Part shown: piece after piece, positions 1-10,909 of the stretch
How positions within the stretch are numbered: the stretch's first letter is position 1
Layout: each line of letters starts with the position of its first letter
Source of the DNA: Phoronis australis
Taxonomy: Eukaryota; Animalia; Phoronida
Length of the DNA stretch: 64,000 nucleotides
Direction of reading: 5' to 3'
Assembly: GCA_002633005.1 (NCBI GenBank)
Contig: NMRA01000705.1
Coordinates: 1-64,000, forward strand
Made by a program: the position numbers and the translations under genes
The notes under the pieces: generated by a model
What the model saw: only the letters and a program-made list of their open reading frames with translations
What the model was told of the DNA's origin: nothing
Database searches by the model: none

Positions 1-530
1 GAATGGCAATTATCGAATAAACAATAAAGTAACATGAATACCCTGGAACTAAGTCTCTCAATAGGTATAATGCTGTGACTAGCTCAACAGCTTGCTTGGA
101 CGACGAATCCCAGATGAACCCACCTTGGCATGTTTGACCATCTGACATTAACTCCTGCCCCCGAGGACAAAGGCACTTCACCCCTCCAAAAGGCAGGTCC
201 TGACACTTATGAGAGCAGCCAGTCGCGTTACTGCTACAGTTGGCTAGAACTACAGAGAATCACAAGACGTGAACAAATATTGAGCAACAATTTCACCGAA
301 CTGGGATACAATAAGAGAGACAGCTTAAATTTAACTTTTAATTGTTCATAATTCATGAAGATTAGTAGCAAGTTCTGTACTAGCGCCACCATCTGGCATT
401 GAGAAACACTGAGCATTCACAACAATTCTTAAGTTCCGATAAAATGAAAAGATGACATTTTTTGCCCGAAACTGACAACATTTTACTCAACATAACATAT
501 AGCAAACATCAGTTTGGCACAATAACGTAC

Positions 531-557
531 CTTTGCCAAGATATCGTTTTATTATAC
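531..557 (-). CDS. 27-nt phase 1-1 micro-exon (GIIKRYLGK) following the LDLa exon; gene continues off the left edge
   Basis: Minus strand reads tttgtacactcag|GT ATA ATA AAA CGA TAT CTT GGC AAA G|gtacgt. Splice sites are canonical and the frame matches exon 1301-1438. Confidence 0.55.
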
Positions 558-586
558 CTGAGTGTACAAAATGTATTTCTAGAAGG

Positions 587-1324
587 GATCTGTCAGGGCT
601 TACCTTGACTGCACCAGGCTGTGTTCTGATCTATCAGGGCTTAGCTTGACTACACCTGGCTGTGTTCTGATCTATCAGGGCTTAGCTTGACTACACCTGG
701 CTGTGTTCTGATCTATCAGGGCTTAGCTTGACTACACCTGGTTGTGTTCTGATCTATCAGGGCTTAGCTTGACTACACCTGGCTGTGTTCTGATCTATCA
801 GGGCTTAGCTTGACTACACCTGGCTGTGTTCTGATCTATCAGGGCTTAGCTTGACTACACCTGGCTGTGTTCTGATCTATCAGGGCTTAGCTTGACTACA
901 CCTGGCTGTGTTCTGATCTATCAGGGCTTAGCTTGACTACACCTGGCTGTGTTCTGATCTATCAGGGCTTAGCTTGACTACACCTGGCTGTGTTCTGATC
1001 TATCAGGGCTTAGCTTGACTACACCTGGCTGTGTTCTGATCTATCAGGGCTTAGCTTGACTACACCTGGCTGTGTTCTGATCTATCAGGGCTTAGCTTGA
1101 CTACACCTGGCTGTGTTCTGATCTATCAGGGCTTAGCTTGACTACACCTGGCTGTGTTCTGATCTATCAGGGCTTAGCTTGACTACACCTGGCTGTGTTC
1201 TGATCTATCAGGGCTTAGCTTGACTACACCTGGCTGTGTTCTGATCTATCAGGGCTTACCTTGACTACACCTGGCTGTGTTCTGATCTATCAGGGCTTAC
1301 CTTGACTACACCTGGCTGTGTTCT
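587..1324. repeat. 41-bp minisatellite, 18 copies, derived from the LDLa exon 3' end plus splice donor
   Basis: Unit gatctatcagggcttagcttgactacacctggctgtgttct; 738 bp = 18 x 41. The last unit overlaps the exon end and its gtaag donor. Confidence 0.95.
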
Positions 1325-1438
1325 CATCAGACTCATCAGAGCAGTCAGCAATGCCGTCACACACTTGTGACATACTGATGCACTCGCGTGTCTTGACGCA
1401 CTTGAAGTCTGTGTCGGTACACTCCGTTGTTGAAGGAC
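1301..1438 (-). CDS. LDL-receptor class A (LDLa) domain exon, phase 1-1
   Basis: tttgtag|...|gtaag. Translates GPSTTECTDTDFKCVKTRECISMSQVCDGIADCSDESDENTARCSQ, with the six-Cys LDLa pattern and acidic DCxDxSDE motif. Confidence 0.9.
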
Positions 1439-1840
1439 CTACAAACAACAGCGACTAATTTTAACAAAATCCCATACATAAGGCCATAACCTTGTAATCA
1501 AGTAATAAATGTATATCTGTATTTAAGATTATGATCTTGCATTTGGGAAAGTTGAATTCTTTTAGTGAAAAGCCATCGTATGAATTTTGAACTTTACAAC
1601 ACATGCTATTTGGTTTCAGTATTAATGCAACATTTTCATGGAATCATTTTAGCTGGTAACGGCAGTATTTATCATTGTGGTAATGGATGGTTGGCAGAAA
1701 ACACAACAAATAACAGCTAGCACTGGACTATATTAAAAATGGCATGTCATTTTTCATAACTGAACTCAACAAGCTGTGCTTTGTAGGTCACAATCTTTTT
1801 GAGTAGACAGCAATATGTCATTAACCGTCAGTAAGCTAGT

Positions 1841-1916
1841 AACAAGAGCAATGCGGAGCGTTGAAATGCGCCCACAATTGCACCGCATACGGTATCCTTC
1901 TAGGGTTGTTTATTGG
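1841..1916 (-). mobile_element. Second copy of the 3' terminus of the Helentron/DINE-like element
   Basis: 76 bp nearly identical to 3106-3181 (aacaagagca...gggttgtttattgg), same orientation. Confidence 0.65.
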
Positions 1917-3105
1917 AATCCATCACGCTGGCTTCAAGTCCCAAAATGTGGGAAGTCAATTACAATGTCCATCACAACCTCAGAGGCACATACGCGAGTC
2001 AATACAAAAATGAAGATTCTTTTGATCACCACATTGTTAGTAAAGATACCTTTCTCCTTTCATTTATTCATGCATTGTGCAGCATGAAAAATTCTTTTGA
2101 ATCTTTAGTCATGTTTGAAAACCTAGAGTTTTTCTGTTTGCAAAACAAACGGTTGAATTTGTACAGGGCAAAGCAGCACGCATTTATTTCCTCTTCTGTT
2201 ACTGTTAACTTTAGAGAGACATCCTCCGCAATTGAAAATAATGTACACATTTCTGTGAATTAGCAGAAAGAGAGATTGGGATGATCCATAGGATTCAAAT
2301 GCAAATGCCTGATGTAACATTGGACGGTTGTTTGGATTTTGACCCAGGGAGAGCCCATATATAGAACTTCATGCGTTTCCCTTCAAACTTAAAACATGAT
2401 CAGTGAGTGTAATACGACAACCAACTGATATTATTAAGAATGTGGCGGTTGTTTCAAGCAAATTCTTAAAATTTTGTTGGTCTTTTTTTAATTCTGGCCC
2501 CTCCAAAATAAAATTCTGGCCATCCAAATGACAGACAAGTCAGCCGCAGTAAAAACAAATGATCATCTGTGAGTGCCGACAACCAACTGACACACATACA
2601 GTAAAATTTCACCAACTTCAGACAAAAACAATTGCCAAAAGTGGTGCTTCTAAGTTCTAATGCTGTTGTGAATATCTACAATTTCTCAGACTAATTGCTT
2701 CACGTTAGCTATAGAACTATAGATAATTAAAAATGCATATTTTGGTTCACTTATCTACTATGAAAAATCATTAAAAAATCAAATTTGATAGGTCATATTG
2801 TGTCCTCAATTGGTAAAATTTCACCATAGTGAAACAGTGAACTCATTGACGATGGTTTGGGTTTACAGCAAAACACGGTAATGGTCGGATATAATGAGCC
2901 TGTATTTCGAGAACCAGGGTAGAGTACAGCGATGCTAGGACCTATGCTAGGATTTCACTAAAATCTAGCCAAAATCATCTTCTTATTTAAAATACACGGC
3001 AATATCTCACGTAATTTCGCGAAGTCTAGCTTTTTAGCGAGGACCTAGCATTACTGAATAATTCTACCCAGTTTTTTCGAATAACGGGCATCAAACTGGT
3101 TTTCA

Positions 3106-4472
3106 AACAAGAGCAACGCGGAGCGTTGAAATGCGCCCACAATTGCACCGCATACGGTATCCTTCTAGGGTTGTTTATTGGTACCATAAAGTGGCCAGTA
3201 GAGGGCATACTTTGCAAAATGGAAAGGCATGGTCATTGTCTCCTCAATAGGCTAGGGGCAAAATGTGAGTAATCTTCATAATACAAGCACATCCTATACA
3301 CCAGTTGCTTAAAGCACCACAGAAACATAGAATTAAAAACAAATTTACCAACATACAAGATTAGCACAGCATTAGAATGACAGAAACAAATTTCTACTTG
3401 GAACTTTTCCTTCACAGTCACGAAGTAACACAAAGTATACACCTGAAGACCTATGAACCTTCATAGTCACGAAGTAACACAAAGTATACACCTGAAGACC
3501 TATGAAAATACAGAGGTCAATGTAAAATACTAAATTTGCCCCTAGAGGCAAATACTAAAATTGCCACTAGAGGCATACCGGTAGTCAGAATTATCCTAAA
3601 GTCGTAATCGTCCGTTGTCAACATCACATAAATACACTTCCTAAATTTAGTAAAGATCCTGCAAAGGGTTTGGGAGATACAGCCATGGGCGCAAAAAAAA
3701 CAAAACTGCCACTAGGAGGCGCCACAGTAGTCCAAATCATCTGAAAATCATTGTCAGCTGTCTCCCATATAGTAAGCACATACACGCCAATTTTCACAAT
3801 CATCCTTTGAGCGGTTTGGTTGATAGAGGGGTGGACGCAAAAATACAGACTCGAAATCACTAAAAATGGCCACTAGGTGGCGCAAACTATGTCGAATCCA
3901 TCTGAAAACGGAAGGATAACATCATCTTACTAATAGGTGCCTACATACCAAATTTCATGAAAATCCGTTCAGGACTTTTGAAGATACAAAGGTAAGCGTA
4001 AAAAAATTAAAATTGCCACTAGGGGGCACACCGGTAGTCGGNTAAGCATATACATGCCAATTTTCATAATCATCTTTTGAGCGGTTTGGTTGACAGAGGG
4101 GTGGACGCACAAAAACACTAAAAATGGCCACTAGGTGGCGCAAACTACGTCGAATCCATCTGAAATCGGGAGGATAGCGTCATCTCACTAATAGGTGCCT
4201 ACATACCAAATTTCATGAAAATTCTTTCAGGACTTTTGAAGATACAAAGGTAAGCGTAAAAAACTAAAATTGCCACTAGGGGGCACACCAGTAGTCGGAT
4301 CCGTCCGAAAGTTCGCACATGCCGTCCCATTCATGAATGGAGCATATGTGCCAAATTTCATGAACGTATGTCAAAGGGTTTTGGAGATAAAGCAGCGGGC
4401 GCCAGACGGACGCCGCCCGGACGGACGGAGATGACGGCATAATGCGTCCACATATAAATATGTGGGCGCATA
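3106..4472 (-). mobile_element. Non-autonomous Helentron/DINE-1-like (HINE) element
   Basis: On the minus strand, the 5' end has subterminal repeat ATGCGCCCACA with a nearby inverted copy and a (GTCC)n tract. The 3' end has TGTGGGCGCAT, hairpin CAACGC-tcc-GCGTTG and terminal CTTGTT. Flanks are T-rich and there are internal tandem repeats. Confidence 0.7.
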
Positions 4473-4527
4473 AAAATTACTCCAAGACAACATACAAAAT
4501 TTTTACACCTCTGACAAATTGACTTAC

Positions 4528-4596
4528 ACTATGGAGGGATCCACTTGTATGTAGGCATGGCCGGCACAGGCACCACAATAGTAATAGCCAGCATGG
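4528..4596 (-). CDS. MEMO1: MEMO1 internal exon (69 bp, phase 2-2)
   Basis: tttcag|C CAT GCT GGC TAT TAC TAT TGT...ATA GT|gtaagt gives PHAGYYYCGACAGHAYIQVDPSIV. Matches recalled MEMO1 sequence [23 protein letters not shown]. Confidence 0.9.
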
Positions 4597-6540
4597 CTGA
4601 AACAGAAGACGGTGTTGCTAAAGAGGAAGGTGGATCATTACCAAAACTTATCCAACAGATAACTTGAAGACAGATACAGCAATACAGTCGAAACCCAATA
4701 TCCCCTTCCCTAACTGAACTCGCAGGGATTGAAAAGTGCATTGCACTTTTGGATGGAAAAAATTCCTCAGTTTAGAATAAAATATAGCATCCAACTGAAA
4801 TTCCACTATGCCACATTTCTCAAGAAAACATTTCATTTTAGCAGTGTCTACAGCAAAACTCGCATAAGTCGGACACGCATAAGATTTCACTAATTAACTC
4901 TGGCTAAGTTCCACTGTATGACTAATCTAGTTCGTGCACCTGCCCATTCACATATTATATTTTGCCTCTGGTTGGATTTGACTTTTCAAATTTTACTGTA
5001 TATTATGGTACAGCTATCACCAAACAACATTACCTAAAATTTGAAACATTGTTGTAAGCCCTTTGAAGGAATAAAAAATGACAACTTAGGCAATCATTTT
5101 TTTACTCAAATTGTACTGTATGTGGCCATAAGCCTTGCATTTTAGGTGTATAAAAAGGAAGTCACTTTTAAGTAACTGTCAATCTTCATGTAGTTTTTCA
5201 AAAAGGCAATTATCTGAAATTATCTGCCTTTTTAATTGCCACCCCTAAAATTTCCTAACGCCCGTTATAATCTGTCAAATTTCTGAGTTGCTTGGGATGA
5301 CCTCGGCAGACTTCAATTGTATGAGGACTACGGACAATTAAAAAGCAATTTATGAAATGATAAAGAACATACCGGAAAGTTGAGGAGAATTTCCTTTAAA
5401 GGATAACTATAAAAGCTTTAGCATAGTGTAACCTTATCCTGCTATCTATATAGAACCAGCTGTTTGTTGAGATAATATTTCTAATGTAAAGAGGCACGTA
5501 ATAGGATGAGAATGTAAAGCTTGTATGACGGAACACTTAATTTAAGCAGGACACAAAGTTGTCAAAAATCAATAGACCACTATTCCCCGAGACGAGCTCA
5601 AGATTCCAGATATAGAAGCCGTGCTTTATAAAGCTACAGAGTTATGAGTTGAACAGTCAGTTGACTCACTACAATTGGTCACTGAATGTTGAGTAATGCT
5701 ACAATCGCATATTCTATCCAACCGCACTCGTTCGAGTTAAAGCCCAGTGCACTTGAACAAAAGAGACTAACTGGAGAGTGGATATTTCAGCTGAGAATGG
5801 GTATTAAAAAACAAGATTTTTGAGACGTTAGAGATGGGCGTTTACTAAAACACTCGAAAGAGAGCTACATAATGTTGGAGTCAAACAAAACATAATTTGA
5901 GTGTACAGATATTTTTTCAACTAACACGACAATGTGCAACACAACTCTGGCTGTTCATTACTCAAAGATTTATATTTTGGGAACTAAAACTCAAGCAAAA
6001 CGTGCTTTCCCAAAGACACGGCCGCTTTCAAGTAAAAATCTTAGACATATAAATAAGCAGTAGGCAATAAGCCAACCATGGATGTTTCTTGAAAAAGTGA
6101 AAATTCACAAATTTTGGGGGTAGACGTTAAGCCAGTCACAGGTGTTAAGGCGGAAAAACATAACAAGCTGCAATATTTCTAAAATCTGGTCTATGCCTTG
6201 AAAATGATATTTGAGACGTTGGCAAAAAACTTTGACGGTGCCATGACTATCTTTCTTTACATAATTGTAGAGCAAATTGTCATCCAATAAGTCACAATTT
6301 CAAGAGGAACACAAGACCAGCTATAATAATGGCTACATTAATCAGGGAGGCATTAAAGCATGTAATTACCATTAGAATATAATTAAATGTCATACCACAA
6401 TCATGACACATTCTGATGTAATATGAATATTCAAATTTTAATCCATTCAGTAACATGATGTAATACCTTACAACTTCACACACATAATTCATAAACCATG
6501 ATATTGGTATTCGCCCATAAACCAAAAAGCCCAATCTTAC

Positions 6541-6622
6541 GGAGCTATGACAGCCCTGGCTGGGTACTTCACACGCTTTGCATCAGACAACCACTTCGAA
6601 AGTTTCGAATCAAGTTCTTCCC
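6541..6622 (-). CDS. MEMO1: MEMO1 internal exon (82 bp, phase 1-2)
   Basis: tttcag|GG GAA GAA CTT...GCT CC|gtaag gives GEELDSKLSKWLSDAKRVKYPARAVIAP. Matches recalled [28 protein letters not shown] and splices in frame to 4528-4596. Confidence 0.9.
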
Positions 6623-6649
6623 CTGAAATTAAAACACATTAGAGCTTAA

Positions 6650-6780
6650 AAACCAGACAATCGCCGCACAAATGAAGAAGTTCATGATAAATCAACGTTT
6701 CGTTAGACATCATCAGGATATTTACATAGGACAAAAAGTGCCAACATACATATCAGGTGACATCCATGAAGTGAAGTGAG
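6650..6780 (-). repeat. Dispersed repeat with degenerate hammerhead-like core (Penelope-like end); homologous to 42590-42732
   Basis: Minus strand CTGATGA-tgtctaac-GAAAC. Flanks (acaatcgccgcacaaat, tcaggtgacatccat) are shared with the 42.6-kb copy. Confidence 0.55.
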
Positions 6781-8753
6781 AGATACAAAGTAGTCAGTAG
6801 CTGGTCATCACCATAGTTGCAGGGTCACTGAGCTCTGCATGTTGTTCAGAGAATCAGTAGCATGATGGTTCTGAAGGTGGCACTGAATAGTTAGGCTGCG
6901 GCCGCGGCCAATTTGCACTCCCAAAATATAGAAATTTTGGGGTAAGCCAAGTTTGGGGGCATTTTGTAGGTGGGCATTGCACGTAGGCTCAGTGAATGTG
7001 GTTTGTTTGTATTTGTGAACATGCTGTGAATAAAAAAGGCCACTTTCTTGGCTGTAGCTGCACTCTTCTTCAAGAAAGCGGCCCCCGGCTGCAATTGTGC
7101 ATTGTTGGGTAGCGACCGAGAAATTGGCTGTGATTTTAGGTAGCCCTCAAACAAGCAAGAATTGCCAAAAAACTAGTTGGTTGACAGTACTTTTGGACCA
7201 CATTTTCGGAATCGGTAGGAAATTTGCCTTCAGACTCTAATGTTGGTTTTAGTCGTGCATCGGCAGGGAAGTGGTGTTTTTCGGGTGAAAAGTGCCGAGT
7301 TTGCATTTTTTTGCCCTTATTTTTCTTAGTCTAGCTTGGTTTTCAGTGGGAATGAAATGGTCAAAAATACAAGAANGGTTGACAGTACTTTTGGACCACA
7401 TTTTCGGAATCGGTAGGAAATTTGCTTTCAGACTCTAATGTTGGTTTTAGTCATGCATCGGCAGGGAAGTGGTGTTTTTCGGGTGAAAAGTGCCGATTTT
7501 GCATTTTTTGCCCTTATTTTTCTTAGTCTAGCTTGGTTTTCAGTGGGAATGAATTGGTCAAAAATACAAGAAAGAATAAAGTTTCTGTGCTCATCTGCTG
7601 GGCTTTTTATGTGAAATAATTGAAAACATGCCATTCTTTGCATCCTGTTTTTGACAGAGTGAAGAAAAGGTTACAAATCAAGTGATGTGTGTTTTGCTAG
7701 GCAAAACCCAGTGAGAACTGTTCTGTGCCTCCTGAACGCACGCCTGACTTCATCATTAATAGCAGGAAGAGGTGGTTATCTCTTCCTTTTAGTAGCTATC
7801 AGGCTGATACGTGAGAATTTTGACCACAGCCGCAGTGCTTCCCTCTGTATTACACAGTACAAAGTACAACGATGCCTGCAGTACATGTGTTGTGATGATT
7901 CATGAGGGAATTTCAACAAATTCATCAGCATCAACCACACGCAACATCCAGTCCACCTTACAAAAGATGACTCTCCCAGTGCATACATCAGTTTCACAAT
8001 ACACCCCGCAGAGTAACCAATACGGTACCTTAACTATACAAACCAGACGCAGGCCTACATAGTACAGGAGACCGCTTCCTAAAGAAATTTGCGTTTAAAA
8101 ATGGGAAGACCAAGCTGTTCAACTCCGAAGGCGTGAAAATCAGGCAGAATCAAGAGGCCTGGAATCTAAAGAAACCACTCCGTTCACATGCCAATTACAG
8201 ATGTGGCCGTGATGGCAAGGGCCGCATGGCTTGACTCGCGATTAAAACCTGCCCACCTGTCCTCTTGTGAGTTGTAAGAACCAAAATATAATTGGCATTT
8301 TACGGCAGGTACCAACTCGGATCTATACTCGCGTTACCACTCTCTGTCAGTGTGTATATGTGTGTGTATGTGTATGAACGTGCGTTCGCGCGCGCGCGCG
8401 CGTGTGTGTGTGCGTGTGAGTATCAGTCAGTGACCCATGCTGTGTCATCTCGGAAAGCACTGCACGTACGCAGATAAAAATATTTTTGCACATGTTTTAG
8501 CTGGTCTTGACTGCTCGAATCGTGAATTTTGGAAACTAACCTGCGCTTCCCGGTCGTCAATTCTGCGACAAGCATTGCGAGAACACCGTACTGACCTCCC
8601 TTTTTTATTTTTGGAAACGGAGTGCTCCATCACGGGGCATGGCTTTTTGGCCAAACTAAAAATATGAGTTATGAAAAAGGTCATGATAACGATAGTCCCA
8701 TATGTTACTGTAGAATCATCAGTGATTCGAAGTGCCATGTAATTTTACTTTAC

Positions 8754-8787
8754 CTTTCAGTCTTTGTTTGTGGTGGATGTCTTCCAG
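8754..8787 (-). CDS. Candidate 34-nt exon (LEDIHHKQRLK, phase 0-1)
   Basis: Strong acceptor ctgtttttttattttag and donor AAG|gtaaag. Phase fits between 13712-14056 and either the LDLa exon or the MEMO1 82-bp exon. Confidence 0.45.
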
Positions 8788-8851
8788 CTAAAATAAAAAA
8801 ACAGAATGGTAATTGCAGCCAGATAAGCATAAAAATAAAGACACGTGTAGA

Positions 8852-9700
8852 NNNNNNNNNNNNNNNNNNNNNNNNNNNNNNNNNNNNNNNNNNNNNNNNN
8901 NNNNNNNNNNNNNNNNNNNNNNNNNNNNNNNNNNNNNNNNNNNNNNNNNNNNNNNNNNNNNNNNNNNNNNNNNNNNNNNNNNNNNNNNNNNNNNNNNNNN
9001 NNNNNNNNNNNNNNNNNNNNNNNNNNNNNNNNNNNNNNNNNNNNNNNNNNNNNNNNNNNNNNNNNNNNNNNNNNNNNNNNNNNNNNNNNNNNNNNNNNNN
9101 NNNNNNNNNNNNNNNNNNNNNNNNNNNNNNNNNNNNNNNNNNNNNNNNNNNNNNNNNNNNNNNNNNNNNNNNNNNNNNNNNNNNNNNNNNNNNNNNNNNN
9201 NNNNNNNNNNNNNNNNNNNNNNNNNNNNNNNNNNNNNNNNNNNNNNNNNNNNNNNNNNNNNNNNNNNNNNNNNNNNNNNNNNNNNNNNNNNNNNNNNNNN
9301 NNNNNNNNNNNNNNNNNNNNNNNNNNNNNNNNNNNNNNNNNNNNNNNNNNNNNNNNNNNNNNNNNNNNNNNNNNNNNNNNNNNNNNNNNNNNNNNNNNNN
9401 NNNNNNNNNNNNNNNNNNNNNNNNNNNNNNNNNNNNNNNNNNNNNNNNNNNNNNNNNNNNNNNNNNNNNNNNNNNNNNNNNNNNNNNNNNNNNNNNNNNN
9501 NNNNNNNNNNNNNNNNNNNNNNNNNNNNNNNNNNNNNNNNNNNNNNNNNNNNNNNNNNNNNNNNNNNNNNNNNNNNNNNNNNNNNNNNNNNNNNNNNNNN
9601 NNNNNNNNNNNNNNNNNNNNNNNNNNNNNNNNNNNNNNNNNNNNNNNNNNNNNNNNNNNNNNNNNNNNNNNNNNNNNNNNNNNNNNNNNNNNNNNNNNNN
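8852..9700. other. Assembly gap (849 N)
   Basis: Run of N. Confidence 1.
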
Positions 9701-10579
9701 AAAAATTGAGGGGGGGGGGGGGTTCACTCTGAAAATATAATTTTTTGCATTGTGAATTGCTATTATGAAAATCAACGCATTTCGAGTCTTCATGGCTCAT
9801 TGGCAAAGCGCGCGGAGATCAATTGTGCGCGCGCTTCCGTCGACACTTCTGAAGTAACCAAGCATCATTAGATGGATCCACCGGTGAAAGAGCAACTCTA
9901 TAGCTGATTTCTTTAGGTAACTAGCTTCTTTACTGTAATATATGTTTTAATTTGATTAGGGAAAATACTATGGTGCCGCAACCCTGATTGATTCAGGCGA
10001 ATTGACGTGCAACGTTTTTACCTCATCTGTCTTGTCGTTTCATGCTATTACACTCCACACGTTTGTAACTCGAATTTGACTGGCGTATAGTAAAGTTGTC
10101 TTACGCAATATCATACGGTGTACATGTACATGTAATATTTTTGAAAAAAATCGTTTTCCGAAGAATTGCTATTGTGGCGGGCGCCGTGATCTGGTCGCGA
10201 GTCCGTTTGAAAATGCAGTCTAACAAGTTATGTCTATACAAAGAATGACCAAGGGGGCACTCACTTTGACGAAGTGACCGCATTCGCTAACAGTGTACAG
10301 TACCAGAAATTGCAGGGAGGCTGTACTTTCACAGCAAAGTCTTGAGGGACTCACGCGCGATGTTCAATAGCCCTCCTAAGGAGCCCTAGTTGCGACCTCA
10401 ACACCTACCGTCTTTCTACCTGCAATTAAGCACCACAGCCGTCTTCTATACAGGGAATTTCCGCAGAAATGCCCACCCGATAAATGCCCATTCCCATGGG
10501 TAGTTATTTGATGTTAGTACTTCGGGTTTCAAGCGTTCAGACATTGGGACGTTTATTCCAAAAATTGCAAGAGGCGCAA

Positions 10580-10909
10580 ATAGGTAGTCCTGGGATGCAT
10601 CGTCTAGGTTTGAAGTAGTCCGTGATGAGCAGATCAAATTTAGTTGCGTATGAAAGTCTTTTGAATGGACTTGGCAACCTTAGGGGGCTTAGTGCTAACT
10701 GAGCTGCGAAACGAGATGCTGACGTTGTAGAGGCTTACAAGCTCATTGACACAGCGGTTGACGAAGTGCAAGCGTTGGCAACAAACATCGAAGATGTCTG
10801 GGTAGAAGGGTTCCAAGACGAGCAAACCATTGGATCCGATATACAGATTCCTTGGCAGTCCAGACAACATAAGGATAGGACTAACGTTTCTGGAGAAACA
10901 CCCAGGTAA
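10580..10909 (+). pseudogene. Decayed hAT-family transposase fragment (THAP12/PRKRIR/ZMYM1-like region)
   Basis: Translates LRGLSAN*AAKRDADVVEAYKLIDTAVDEVQALATNIEDVWVEGF...IGSDIQIPWQSRQHKDRTNVSGETPR**. Resembles the hAT 'LS..LQ...D...A...I...PR...RQ.HR.N...TP..YY' segment, with stops and frameshifts. Confidence 0.6.

Noticed and set aside
587-1324. Regular ~40-bp repeat resembling a CRISPR array
   Set aside because: Units are contiguous with no unique spacers, there are no cas genes, and the context is a eukaryotic intron.
4528-4596. Alternative readings as an Ig-domain YYC strand or a signal peptide (PCWLLLLWCLC)
   Set aside because: The in-frame join to the 82-bp exon reconstructs the MEMO1 RAxIAPHAGY motif, which is far more specific.
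7188-7575. ~190-bp tandem duplication
   Set aside because: Joined by a single 'n' at 7376, so probably an overlap artefact. The same applies to the duplications at n=4042 and n=14647.
8622-9806. Long ORFs of 298-372 aa in the ORF track
   Set aside because: They are artefacts of reading through the 849-N gap.
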